From positions 1,824,001 through 1,888,000 of the forward strand of contig OZ219790.1 of NCBI GenBank assembly GCA_964291215.2: a stretch of DNA of 64,000 nt. The letters run 5' to 3'. Position numbers and translations under genes: made by a program. The stretch's first letter is position 1. Each line of letters opens with the position of its first letter. This document shows, piece after piece, positions 10,647 to 21,040 of the stretch. Under the pieces are notes generated by a model, which did not search any database, was not told the origin of the DNA, and saw nothing but the letters and a program-made list of their open reading frames with translations. This DNA is from Alphaproteobacteria bacterium (GTDB taxonomy: Bacteria > Pseudomonadota > Alphaproteobacteria > MPNO01 > UBA830).

Positions 10647-12281
10647 TTACCGCCAAGCGTCGACCGATATCATACTGTTGTCTGCGCGCCGCCCCTCGAT
10701 GATGCGCCAGGCGCCCTGGGTCTCGCCGCCGGTTACAACGACATCGATCTCCGATTCCTGAAACAGCCTGACCATGTCGTCAGGAGCGGCCTTGAGGTTG
10801 CCTGCATAGGGTTCGACGCCGGCCACCGCCAGCGGCTTTACCAGGGTCTGGACCCACTGGTCGTTCCAGTAGTCCCGCGCCGGCAAAACCGCGTTTTCGG
10901 CGCACCACCGAATCAGCTTGTCCTTGGTGGCGAACCCTTTCTCGACGAAGCCCCGCGCGACGATGGGATCCATGATCATCAATGGCGCCTCGCGCGCCTC
11001 GCAGGCTGCGAAGACTCGCTTTATCTTGGACTGCCACTCGTCACGGGGCCCGAACCCCGACTGCGTATACCGCCCTCCCCGAAACACAGTCACGGCGCTT
11101 TCCGCCGCATCAAACCCGGCGCTCACATGCAGCGGCTCCCACGGGCTGCGCTCCTCGTTCTCGGCAAATGTCGCGCTGAAGGAATTGAGGTTGCCCAGTG
11201 AGCCCATGAAGGTGTCGCCGGGCACCGAACCACCCTGGAGATTCGTGCAGACGAGGTTCCAGGCGCGGCCGATGGTCGCGTTCGCGTGGTTCCAAGGGCC
11301 CAGCGCGCCGATGCCGCAATTCATGCCGATCTCGTGGCGAACCGGTCCGTTGACGACCGCGATGCCTGAGAACGATGTGGTGCTGCTCGAACGCGCGGTA
11401 ACGCCGCTCGACGCCATCGCAAGAAGAACCGGCAGGTACTCCGGCCGGCAACCCGCCATGACCGCGTTGACCGCGACCTTCTCGACCGTGAACTCCCAGA
11501 ATTCCCGGAATGCCGTCGGACGCAGCCGTCCCACGACCTCGTCGGGAGGGTGGCTGGTGCCGGCCACCATCTTCTCGACACGTTCCTCGATCGGGAGAAT
11601 GACGGGGAGGAAATCCGTCCAGTTGCTGTCGATGAAGAGCTGCCGGAGGTTGTCTTCGGTATCGGGTTCAAGGAGCCGTGGCATCGATCGTTCGAAGGAA
11701 ACGCCGGTTTCATCCTCGGCCGTCAGCGGACTCGTGAGCCCCTCGATCACTTCCTGCATGAAAGGGCGTTGGCTGACGGGGTCGGCCCCCTCGATATAGC
11801 CGCGCAGGTCCGAAGCGGACCGGTCGACCACGGGCTGCGGCACAAAGGCCTGGCGCGTGGTCGGCATGCCGTTGGCGAGGGCAACCGATCCCACAAGACG
11901 CGCAAAGATGTCCGTGTGGATGGCGACCGAGGGGATACCAGCTTCCTCGAGCGACATGGCGAGCCCGACGACCGTCGGGCTGCAGGTACTTCACAGGCCG
12001 ACCCCCAGGATCGCGGCGTCCCCGCGGGCGGCGACCCGCGCACGCATCTCGGGATCGTCGACCCAGCTTTCGCGCGGCCTGATGACCGTCGTCTCGACCA
12101 GCGGCAGGTTCTCGGCGAACCATGCCCGCAGCTGCTCCATGAACAGATCGGAGTTGTCGAACAGGCAGTCGACGAGACAGACGGTCTTGCCGTCGAGGCC
12201 CTGCAGGCGCGGCGCGAGGCGCTTGCCGGTAACCTTCGGCGGATAGCCCCGCGGATCATGCACGGTCAGCGCTGCGGTCAT
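10647..12281 (-). CDS. UGSC-family selenoprotein, 544 aa, Sec97 encoded by UGA at 11991-11993 (joins two ORF-track entries)
   Basis: In-frame GVGL-U-STC (UxxC) linking the two ORFs; SECIS-like hairpin directly 3' of the UGA. Confidence 0.85.
11962..11981 (-). promoter_or_regulatory. Bacterial SECIS element
   Basis: AGCCCGAC-GGTC-GTCGGGCT, perfect 8-bp stem; G/GU apical loop begins 17 nt after the UGA. Confidence 0.8.
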
Positions 12282-12409
12282 TTCCGAATCTCCCGAACGG
12301 GCGTTGCACTTGTCGGGCCCGGCGGCCAGCGGCACGCGCAGCCAAGCTTGCCTTGCCGAACCGTACCAGCAGCGAACGCACCGGACAACGCGACGGGCGC
12401 GCCTGCAGC

Positions 12410-12904
12410 TCAGCCGACGATCAGCCGGTCGCCGGGACGCCATCCCGCCAGGATTTCGCGAAGGTCGTGCAGCGCAAACGCGATGCACCCTTCGGTGGGA
12501 GGAAAGCCCTCGCCGGCGACATGAACGAAGATCGCGCTTCCGACCCCGCCGGCAACCGGGTCCATGTTGTAGTCGGTCACCGCCATCAGGTCATAGAGCC
12601 GGTCGTCGCGCCACAGGCGCTCGCAGCTCGCGGGGTAAGGCAGCGTCACCCTCCTGTTGTAGGCCGTGTCCGCCGGATCGTCGCACCAGCCCAGTGACGG
12701 GTCGAGTTCCGACACCGGCAGCATGGTGGCGGGCAGCCCGATCCGGTCCGGGCGATAGAAGACATCGACAAGACGCATCCCGCCTTCCGGGGTCGTGCCG
12801 TCGCCTTCCCGCTTGTTTCGCCGCACGCCTCCTCGGCCGAGAGCGCAGGAATATGCGGCGTCGCCACGCCGCGCGAGCCCTTCGGCCGAGACCACGAGAT
12901 TCAT
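12410..12904 (-). CDS. L,D-transpeptidase (YkuD) family protein
   Basis: KREGDGTTP, GWCDDP, GSAIFVH...PTEGCIA. Confidence 0.9.
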   Translation of the reverse strand: MNLVVSAEGLARRGDAAYSCALGRGGVRRNKREGDGTTPEGGMRLVDVFYRPDRIGLPATMLPVSELDPSLGWCDDPADTAYNRRVTLPYPASCERLWRDDRLYDLMAVTDYNMDPVAGGVGSAIFVHVAGEGFPPTEGCIAFALHDLREILAGWRPGDRLIVG

Positions 12905-13051
12905 GACGCACCTTTCCGTTCGGGAGCCATTCGGGCAGAATCGACCCGGATCGGATGCTGCAGGCCCTGTTGAAACGGAACGCGATCCTACCAGATTATG
13001 TTGGGCCGGCAGCGGGCCAGGTGGCCGACACCATCGAAAGGCGGCTGCACG

Positions 13052-13741
13052 ATGTCCATCGTGAAGAAATTGCTCCTGGCCGATCACGACGATCTGCTTC
13101 GCGATTCGCTGCGCGACCAGTTCACGACGGACGGCGAATTCACGATCGAGGAAGCCGGCACGGGCGCCGACGCCCTGGCAGCGTGCAGTGCCGGCAAACA
13201 CGACCTTATCGTTCTTGCCACCGATCTGCCCGACATGGACGGTGTCGAGGTGTGCCGGCTGATGCGGCTTGAGGGGATCAGATGTCCAGTCATTATGCTC
13301 GCCGGACCCGACGGTCGCGGGATGACCGTGGCCTTGGAGGTTGGCGCGAACGATTGTATCTCCAGGCCATTCCACTTCGGTACGCTGTTGGCCAGAATCC
13401 GGGTGCAGCTCGACGAGCCCGAACGCAACGAGGATCCGGTCCTTACCGTCGGGCCGTACAGTTTCCGCCCCACTGCCAGAACCCTCGTCGGTCTCGAGGG
13501 AGACGGCGCCACGATCCGCCTGACCGAGAAGGAGGCGGCGATACTCGAATACCTGCTGCGGACGGAGCACAGGGTCGTCGACCGAACCGAGTTGCTGAGG
13601 GAGATCTGGCGGTACCGTTCCGGCGTGACCACCCATACGCTGGAAACTCACATCTATCTTCTGCGGCAAAAGATCGAGCAGGATCCCTCGAGGGCGGAGA
13701 TACTCCGCACTGTCTCCGGCGGCTACAGGCTGTTTCCGTAA
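13052..13741 (+). CDS. OmpR-family response regulator with degenerate receiver
   Basis: Winged helix LTEKEAAIL..THTLETHIY intact; phospho-Asp position reads LIVLATDLP. Confidence 0.85.
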   Translation: MSIVKKLLLADHDDLLRDSLRDQFTTDGEFTIEEAGTGADALAACSAGKHDLIVLATDLPDMDGVEVCRLMRLEGIRCPVIMLAGPDGRGMTVALEVGANDCISRPFHFGTLLARIRVQLDEPERNEDPVLTVGPYSFRPTARTLVGLEGDGATIRLTEKEAAILEYLLRTEHRVVDRTELLREIWRYRSGVTTHTLETHIYLLRQKIEQDPSRAEILRTVSGGYRLFP

Positions 13742-13907
13742 CCGCGCCGCGGCACCGGCACACAGCCGGGGACATCGGACGGCATCGCCGCCGGGCACGC
13801 GCGACGCGCGTTTGCGTGGTATACAGGTCGCGGCAATGGTCTGCGCTTCCGAACCGCCAGGATGAGAAGCTCCATGCGCACCCCCCCCCCGACCGACCCG
13901 GCACGCG

Positions 13908-14738
13908 ATGACAGGCAGTGATTTCTTCGTCCGGTTCTGGGGTGTGCGCGGCTCCATCGCCTGCCCCGGCCCGGAAACCGTGGCCTATGGCGGAAACACG
14001 TCGTGCGTCGCCGTCCATTGCGGCCCGCATCTGCTGGTGTTCGACGCCGGGACCGGACTCCGCAAGCTGGGGCTGGAGCTGGCTGCAGCCGGGTCCACAG
14101 ATGCCGACCTGTTCCTCAGCCACACCCACATCGACCATATCGAGGGGCTGCCTTTCTTCCGTCCCGCCTACCTGCCCGACAACAGGCTGCGGATATGGTC
14201 GGGCCATCTTGAGGACAACATGAACACCAAGAGCGCGCTGCGCCACCTCATGAACGCGCCCGTGTTTCCTGTTTCCATCGATGTCTTCGGCAGCGGCGTG
14301 AGCTTCCATGATTTCGGCGCCGGCGACACCCTGGCTCCCCGCCCCGGCATCCGCCTGCGCACGGCCGCCCTCAACCACCCGCAGAACGCAACCGGTTACC
14401 GCGTCGACTACAACGGGAAATCGATCTGCTACGTGACCGACACCGAACATCGACCGGACCACCCCGACGAGAATATCCTCGCCCTGATCGAGGGCGCGGA
14501 GGTGATGATCTACGATTCCATGTTCACCGACGACGAATATCCCGATTTTGCCGGTTGGGGGCATTCCACCTGGCAGGAGGGGGCCCGCCTCTGCCGGTCC
14601 GCCGGCGTTCGGACGCTGGCGATATTCCACCATCTTCCCGAACGTGCGGATGCCGACCTCGACCGCATCGCGCTGGAGGCCCGGGAGACGTTCGCCGGCG
14701 CCGTCGTCGCCCGCGAGGGCATGACACTGGCGCCGTGA
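13908..14738 (+). CDS. MBL-fold metallo-hydrolase (RNase Z/phosphodiesterase-like)
   Basis: FWGVRGS, YGGNTSC, SHTHIDH, WGHS, FHH. Confidence 0.9.
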   Translation: MTGSDFFVRFWGVRGSIACPGPETVAYGGNTSCVAVHCGPHLLVFDAGTGLRKLGLELAAAGSTDADLFLSHTHIDHIEGLPFFRPAYLPDNRLRIWSGHLEDNMNTKSALRHLMNAPVFPVSIDVFGSGVSFHDFGAGDTLAPRPGIRLRTAALNHPQNATGYRVDYNGKSICYVTDTEHRPDHPDENILALIEGAEVMIYDSMFTDDEYPDFAGWGHSTWQEGARLCRSAGVRTLAIFHHLPERADADLDRIALEARETFAGAVVAREGMTLAP

Positions 14739-14757
14739 ATCGGACGGAGCCCTGACC

Positions 14758-15606
14758 GTGGCGAGTACCGGGCCCGGCCTCCGGCTGCGCCGCCTCGGCA
14801 TGGGCCTCGCCACCATACTCGGGCTGGCGCCGCGCGGCTGGTTCATACCGCATCGCTATGCGGGATCCGCGAACGCTCCAGAGAGCTATCCCGAACTCGA
14901 AGGTCTGTTCGCCGCCGCCCGGCCGCGTTTCGCCGCGCTGCTCGACGAAATCGATTCCCGTGCCGCGGCCCTCGCGGCCATCGGCCGCGAGGGCCCGCCG
15001 CAACCGAGATGGGAACAGGGGTGGTTTCCGAGGCTCGATGCCGCGGCCTGCTACGCGATGGTCTGCACGCGCCGCCCGGCCCGCATCGTGGAAGTCGGCT
15101 CCGGCCATTCCACCCGTTTCCTCGCGCGCGCGGCGGCTGACTGCGGTCTCGAGGTGCGAATTACCTCCATCGACCCGGCGCCGAGAGCCGATCTGTCGGG
15201 CCTCGGCATCAAACACCTCGCGACAACAGTGCAACACGCGGACGCGGCGCCGTTCAAAGCCCTTTGCAGCGGCGACATGCTGTTCGTCGATTCGAGCCAC
15301 ATCCTCATGCCGGGCAGCGATGTCGACCACCTCCTTAACCGCGTCTGGCCGGCGCTCGCGGCCGGCGTCGTCGTGCATTTCCACGACATCCTCCTGCCCG
15401 ACGGCTATCCCGCTGCCTGGACATGGCGCGGATACAACGAACAGCTCGGCGTAGCGCCCCTGCTGTCCGGCGGCGCAGCCTCGCCCCTGTTCTCGAGCCG
15501 GTACGTCACGACCAGAATGGCGGCCGCCTTCGCAGGATGTGCGGCAAGCAGATTGCCGATCATGCCCGGAGCGATCGAGACCGGCATATGGATGCAGAAG
15601 AATTGA
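14758..15606 (+). CDS. Class I SAM methyltransferase (Methyltransf_24-like)
   Basis: VEVGSGHST, LFVDSSH, HFHDI, YNEQ. Confidence 0.85.
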   Translation: MASTGPGLRLRRLGMGLATILGLAPRGWFIPHRYAGSANAPESYPELEGLFAAARPRFAALLDEIDSRAAALAAIGREGPPQPRWEQGWFPRLDAAACYAMVCTRRPARIVEVGSGHSTRFLARAAADCGLEVRITSIDPAPRADLSGLGIKHLATTVQHADAAPFKALCSGDMLFVDSSHILMPGSDVDHLLNRVWPALAAGVVVHFHDILLPDGYPAAWTWRGYNEQLGVAPLLSGGAASPLFSSRYVTTRMAAAFAGCAASRLPIMPGAIETGIWMQKN

Positions 15607-15624
15607 CTTGCCGCAAGCGGCCAA

Positions 15625-17010
15625 ATGCCCGATTTTCCGGGTATGGCGTCACTTTCCCGCCTCAAGGCCGGTGCCGCGAACCTGTTCTCCGGCAAACTCC
15701 ACCGCACGGAGCTCCCGGCCCGTGTGCAGGCCGCCATCGCCGCGCAGCGGGACGCCAGCGAACGCCTCATCGGCTGGTTCCAGCTCACCGTGGTCTGCGC
15801 CTTCGGCACGCTTTACACCCTATCGCCGAAAACATTTGCCGACGACGCGGCGTTCACCCCGGTCCCGTGGGCGCTCGGCGCATATTTTGCCTTCACCGTG
15901 ATCCGGCTCTTCCTCGCCTATCGGGGACGCATCGGCCCGGCCATGCTCTACGCCTCGGCCATTCTCGACATGAGCCTGCTGCTCGGCCTGATCTGGAGCT
16001 TTCATCTCCAGTATGACCAGCCGCCTTCGTTCTATCTGAAGTCGCCGACACTGCTCTATGTTTTCATTTTCATCTCGCTGCGCGCGCTCAGATTCGAGGC
16101 TCGCTACGTCGTGGCCGCGGGTCTGGCCGCTGCGGCGGGCTGGTTCGGGTTCGCCTGGTATGCGGTCGAGGCGGGCGACGGCGCGTTGGTTACCCGCGAC
16201 TATGTTCTGTACATGACCAGCAATTCCATCCTGATCGGTGCGGAGTTCGACAAGATCATCTCAATTCTCGTGGTGACGGCGATCCTGGCCGTCGCCATCG
16301 GACGCGCCCGCAAACTCCTGATCCGCTCGGTTGCGGAGAGTCAGGCAGCGCAGGATCTTTCGAGATTCTTCTCTCCCGAGATAGCGGAGCAGATCACGGC
16401 ATCGGACGAAGCGGTGTCGGCAGGATCCGGCCAGACCCGCGAGGCCGCGATCCTGTTCTGCGATATCCGCGGTTTCACCGATTTCTCGCACACCCACGAG
16501 CCTGACGAGATCATTGCCATGCTGACGGAGTACCAGCGCCTGCTGGTTCCGATCCTGCAGGAGAATGGCGGCGCGATCGACAAGTTCATGGGTGACGGGA
16601 TAATGGCGACGTTCGGAGCCGCCCTGCCGAGCGCCACCCATGCCGCTGACGCCTGCCGGGCGGTCGACGCGGTGGCGGCAGCGGCCGATCGATGGAACAG
16701 GGAACGCATGGCGGCCGGCCAGCCCGAACTCCGCGTCGGGGCCGCAGTTGCGGCGGGACGAATCGTTTTCGGCGCGGTGGGAAACGAGAACCGGCTCGAA
16801 TACACGGTCATCGGCGATGCGGTCAATCTCGCCGCCAAGCTCGAGAAGGCGACAAAGGCCGAGCGGTGCCGGGCGCTGACGACGCGCGAGACCTACGAGA
16901 CGGCGTGCGCACAGGACTATCGTCCGGCAGGCGGCGAACCGCAGCTCCTGGCCGGCCGGAACATCGAAGGGCTTGAAGAACCGATCGATCTGGTCGTGCT
17001 CGCCGGGTAG
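15625..17010 (+). CDS. Membrane-bound class III adenylate/guanylate cyclase
   Basis: TM helices, FCDIRGFT, DKFMGDG, EYTVIGDAVNLAAKLE. Confidence 0.92.
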   Translation: MPDFPGMASLSRLKAGAANLFSGKLHRTELPARVQAAIAAQRDASERLIGWFQLTVVCAFGTLYTLSPKTFADDAAFTPVPWALGAYFAFTVIRLFLAYRGRIGPAMLYASAILDMSLLLGLIWSFHLQYDQPPSFYLKSPTLLYVFIFISLRALRFEARYVVAAGLAAAAGWFGFAWYAVEAGDGALVTRDYVLYMTSNSILIGAEFDKIISILVVTAILAVAIGRARKLLIRSVAESQAAQDLSRFFSPEIAEQITASDEAVSAGSGQTREAAILFCDIRGFTDFSHTHEPDEIIAMLTEYQRLLVPILQENGGAIDKFMGDGIMATFGAALPSATHAADACRAVDAVAAAADRWNRERMAAGQPELRVGAAVAAGRIVFGAVGNENRLEYTVIGDAVNLAAKLEKATKAERCRALTTRETYETACAQDYRPAGGEPQLLAGRNIEGLEEPIDLVVLAG

Positions 17011-17198
17011 ATCTCTCGCGAAAGCGCCCGCCACGGACCGGCGCCAGCCGTTTGCCGCGAATCTGACGGGTCATTGCTGCGTGTGCGGCGAACAACGACA
17101 AGCGTCTTCCCTTTCACTATCCTTGCCATCTCAGGATGCAATCCCGCAGCGGGTCTGTTATTAGGGCCCGACAGCCAATTCACGAATTGCAGGAAGCA

Positions 17199-17984
17199 AT
17201 GGCAGCTTACACGTCGACGCGCATGAGCACAGCCGGTTGCGAAATCGAGATGTTGTCGGGAGGCGAAGGGTCTCCGCTCCTCTTCCTCCACGGGGCTGGC
17301 GGTGCGGCAAGCTGGATGCCCTTCATGGACCGGCTGGCGGAACACTATCGCCTGCATGTGCCGAGCCATCCCGGATATGGCAGATCGGAAACTCCCGACT
17401 GGCTCGATGCCATGGGCGACCTCGCCTATTTCTATCTCGATTTCCTGGAAGACCTCGGCGAGGATCGGTTCCATGTCGTCGGCAACTCGCTCGGCGGATG
17501 GCTGGCCCTGGAAATTGCGGTGCGCTCGACAGCGCACATCGAGACGCTGACCCTGGTATCAGCGGCGGGCATTCATCTCGCTGGTGTCCCCAAGGGGGAC
17601 ATCTTTCTCTGGGACGAGACCGAACGCGTCTACAACACGTTCTTCGATCCGTCGCTGGCCGAGGCGCGGCTTGCGAAGGTGCTCGGCGAGGAAGAGACGG
17701 AAATCGCGCTTCGCAATCACTTCATGACGGCGAAACTTGCCTGGCATCCCCGGTTTTACAACCCCGAACTCCAGAAGTGGCTGCATCGCATCACGGTCCC
17801 GACCCTGCTCCTCTGGGGCGCGGACGACAAGATCTTCCCGCCCGCCTACGGCGAAGCCATGCAGACGCTCATTCCCGGCTCGACGCTCACCGTCATCCCC
17901 GAGTGCGGACATCTGCCGCAGCAGGAAAAAACCGACGAATTCGTCTCCCGGGTCCTCGCGCATACGAATGGAGCCGCGTCATGA
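17199..17984 (+). CDS. Alpha/beta hydrolase
   Basis: LHGAGG, GNSLGG, WGADD, CGH. Confidence 0.9.
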   Translation: MAAYTSTRMSTAGCEIEMLSGGEGSPLLFLHGAGGAASWMPFMDRLAEHYRLHVPSHPGYGRSETPDWLDAMGDLAYFYLDFLEDLGEDRFHVVGNSLGGWLALEIAVRSTAHIETLTLVSAAGIHLAGVPKGDIFLWDETERVYNTFFDPSLAEARLAKVLGEEETEIALRNHFMTAKLAWHPRFYNPELQKWLHRITVPTLLLWGADDKIFPPAYGEAMQTLIPGSTLTVIPECGHLPQQEKTDEFVSRVLAHTNGAAS

Positions 17985-19159
17985 AGTTCTACTTCTTCCA
18001 TCTCATGCCCTACAGCGCGATCGATCCCGACTTCCTGGAGACCAACAAGTCCGCCTGGATCGACCTTCCGAACAGCTACTACGATCCGCGCGAAGGCGCG
18101 AAGCTCTATCACCGCTATCTCGACGAGCTCGAGCTTGCCGATACGGTCGGGTTCGACGGCGTCTGCGTGAACGAGCACCACCAGACGGCCTACGGGATGA
18201 TGCCGACACCGAACATCCTGGCCGGCGCCCTGTCGCGACGCCTCAAAACGGCCGCCATCGGCGTCATCGGGAGGGCGCTTCCCATCGTCGCCAACCCGCT
18301 GACGATCGCCGAAGAGTTCGCGATGATCGACAACCTGATGAAGGGCAGGTTCATTGCCGGCTTCGTGCGCGGCATCGGCTGCGAATATCACGCGTCGATG
18401 ACCAATCCGGGCTTCAGCCACGAGCGGTTCAGGGAGGCCCACGACCTAATCGTACGCGCATGGACGGAGCCCGGCCCGTTCGAGTTCTACGGCAAGCACT
18501 ACCACTACCAGTACGTCAACCTCTGGCCCCGACCCTACAGCCAGCCGCGCCCGCCGATCTGGATACCGTCCCAGGGCTCCTCGGAAACCGTCGAATTCGC
18601 CGCCCACCCGGACCGCCGCTACACCTTCGTCATCACCTTCAGCCCCGTGGAATCAGTGCGCCGGAACCTTGCCGCCTACCGCGACCAGTGCGAGGCCTAC
18701 GGCTATGTGTGCCCGCCCGAGCAGCTCGGCTGGGCGATGCCGGCCTATGTCGCGGAAACCGACGAGATTGCCCGGCGGGAAGGCGGCCAGCATGTCGAAT
18801 CGCTGTTCAACACCTTCATCAAGTCGCCTTCGCAGTACAAGCTGCCGCCCGGATACTCGTCATTGCAAAGCTACCGCGCTGTCATGGAGTCCAAGTACAA
18901 GGTGCGCGAGAGCTACCTGAGCGCCGACACGCTGATCGAGAACGGCATGTTTCTCTGCGGAAGCCCGGCGACGATCGCCGAGAAGCTTGAGGCCTATCAG
19001 GCGGACATGGGATTCGGCAATCTCGTGCCGATGCTCCAGTTCGGAACTCTGCCCGCCGGGCTCACGGAGAAGAACCTGCGCATGTTCGCCGAGGAGGTCA
19101 TTCCGAGGGTTCGCCATCTCGGCGCATCGGCCGCACTCGAGGAAGCCGCCGCGGAATAG
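17981..19159 (+). CDS. LLM-class flavin-dependent monooxygenase
   Basis: GFDGVCVNEHH, AEEFAMID, WPRPYSQPRPPIW; ATGA overlap. Confidence 0.92.
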   Translation: MKFYFFHLMPYSAIDPDFLETNKSAWIDLPNSYYDPREGAKLYHRYLDELELADTVGFDGVCVNEHHQTAYGMMPTPNILAGALSRRLKTAAIGVIGRALPIVANPLTIAEEFAMIDNLMKGRFIAGFVRGIGCEYHASMTNPGFSHERFREAHDLIVRAWTEPGPFEFYGKHYHYQYVNLWPRPYSQPRPPIWIPSQGSSETVEFAAHPDRRYTFVITFSPVESVRRNLAAYRDQCEAYGYVCPPEQLGWAMPAYVAETDEIARREGGQHVESLFNTFIKSPSQYKLPPGYSSLQSYRAVMESKYKVRESYLSADTLIENGMFLCGSPATIAEKLEAYQADMGFGNLVPMLQFGTLPAGLTEKNLRMFAEEVIPRVRHLGASAALEEAAAE

Positions 19160-19228
19160 GCCCGGGCCGGACACCGCCTCCCGAGGCCGCAGCAGCGGAT
19201 ACTGCCTCGCTACGCCCGGGCCGACCGT

Positions 19229-19654
19229 TCATTCGTCAGCGTTGAACCGCTCGCCGCGCTGCCTCTTGAGCCGGGATCTCCGCGTCTTGTCGTCGCGCCT
19301 CCGGGCGCGGCCGGCCGAGGTCGGACGGGTCGTAACCCGGGCCGCTGGCGCGCGCGCCGCCTGAGCGATCAGATTGACGAGCCGAACCATGGCATCCCTG
19401 CGGTTGGCCGCCTGGGTGCGATGGCGCGACGCGGTGATCACGATCTCGCCGTCGCGCGTCATCCGCGATCCGGCCAGCTCCTCGAGCCGCTGCTTCACCT
19501 CGGCGTCGAGCGACGGTGAATGACGAGCGTCGAAACGCAACTGCACAGCAGACGCGACCTTGTTCACGTTCTGGCCGCCCGGCCCGCTGGCGCGAATGAA
19601 GGTCTCTCGGACTTCGTCCGGAGCGATCGTGATTTCCTCGTTGATTTTGATCAT
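19229..19654 (-). CDS. arfB: Alternative ribosome rescue factor B
   Basis: RASGPGGQNVNKV and a basic C-terminal tail. Confidence 0.92.
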   Translation of the reverse strand: MIKINEEITIAPDEVRETFIRASGPGGQNVNKVASAVQLRFDARHSPSLDAEVKQRLEELAGSRMTRDGEIVITASRHRTQAANRRDAMVRLVNLIAQAARAPAARVTTRPTSAGRARRRDDKTRRSRLKRQRGERFNADE

Positions 19655-20074
19655 GACGGGGCCGCCAGGGGCAATCCTCGGACCAGCGCCGGTCGGCATG
19701 GCGGGCACGGAGCCCGAGCGCCGGCTTCGTCCGGATCTGCGTCGCAAGGCGATCTTTCCGCCCTCCGCGCCTTCGCCGGCAGGAATAGTCGTTTTCTGCC
19801 GCCACGTCATTAGCGGACAGGACACGGAGCCGCCTGGCGCCGGTCCCCGGGCTTTCGGCCGGAACGCCCGAATGCTATGGATGGAACGGGCCTGCGCGGC
19901 CGCAGAAGGAAACTCCGACGGTCTTGCGAAGCACAGGCATCATTCCACGGTCGAAGGCAGTGATCGCGTTCCACCGGAAACCGGCGTTCGGCCTGCATCG
20001 GGCGGGCGGGCCGGGAGTTACGCAATGTTCCAGGATGCCGGCGCCCGGCCCGATGCCTGCCGGAAGGCGTCTTC

Positions 20075-21040
20075 ATGGCTGCGCCTGACCGGCCGATAGC
20101 GGAAGCCGGGCGGCCGGACCGGCGCCGGCTCTACAGCGGCTACGCACTCCTCGTGCTGGCACTCCTGATGTGGGCCGGAAACTCGATCGTCGGACGGCTC
20201 TCCGCCGGCGAGGACATCCCGCCGCTGGCGCTGAATTTCTGGCGCTGGACCTGCGCATCGGTGTTCTTCATCGCCTTCGCGGGACCCGCGGCCTGGCGCC
20301 AGCGCCGCAGGATCCTCGCTGCATGGAAGTTCATCGTCCCGTTTTCGCTGCTGTCGATCGCGGGCTTCAATTCCCTGTTCTACCTCGCGCTCCAGAAGAG
20401 CACCGTGCTCCAGGTCGTCCTGATCCAGTCGGTGCTGCCGGTTCTCGTGCTGCTGCTCGGCTTCGCCTTCCTGCGCGAAGCGATCTCCGCCCGCCAGTGG
20501 CTGGGAGTCGCCTTTTCGGTGTCGGGGGCCGCTCTGATCATCCTGCGGGGCGACTCGTCGATACTGGAGACCGTGCGGCTGAACGAGGGGGATCTCTGGG
20601 CGCTCGGTTCCGTCCTGCTGTGGGCGATTCAGGCCTTCACGATCCGATGGAAGCCGAGGGACATCGAGATCATGCCCTTCATGACGAGCATCGCCGTCAT
20701 CGGTGTCGTCGCCATGGCGCCGCTCTACCTGTGGGAAACCCTGACAGTGGCGCCGATGCCGGCCACCGGCACCAGTTTCCTGTTCGTCCTCTATCTCGGC
20801 CTCATGGCGAGTTTCGTCGGCACCAGCTACTGGAACGAGGGAACCTATCGCGCCGGAGGCGCCCAAGCCGGCTATTTCGGGAACCTATTCCCGATATTCG
20901 CAAGCACCCTGGCAATCCTGCTGCTCGGCGAAACCCTGCGCTGGTATCACACCGTCGCCGCAGCCTTCGTCGTCATCGGCATCTGGCTGGCGACCAGCCA
21001 TCACGCCCGCCGGATGCGCGGGAATGGAGGGTCCGGGTGA
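20075..21040 (+). CDS. DMT/EamA transporter
   Basis: WAGNSIVGR, about 10 TM helices. Confidence 0.9.
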   Translation: MAAPDRPIAEAGRPDRRRLYSGYALLVLALLMWAGNSIVGRLSAGEDIPPLALNFWRWTCASVFFIAFAGPAAWRQRRRILAAWKFIVPFSLLSIAGFNSLFYLALQKSTVLQVVLIQSVLPVLVLLLGFAFLREAISARQWLGVAFSVSGAALIILRGDSSILETVRLNEGDLWALGSVLLWAIQAFTIRWKPRDIEIMPFMTSIAVIGVVAMAPLYLWETLTVAPMPATGTSFLFVLYLGLMASFVGTSYWNEGTYRAGGAQAGYFGNLFPIFASTLAILLLGETLRWYHTVAAAFVVIGIWLATSHHARRMRGNGGSG

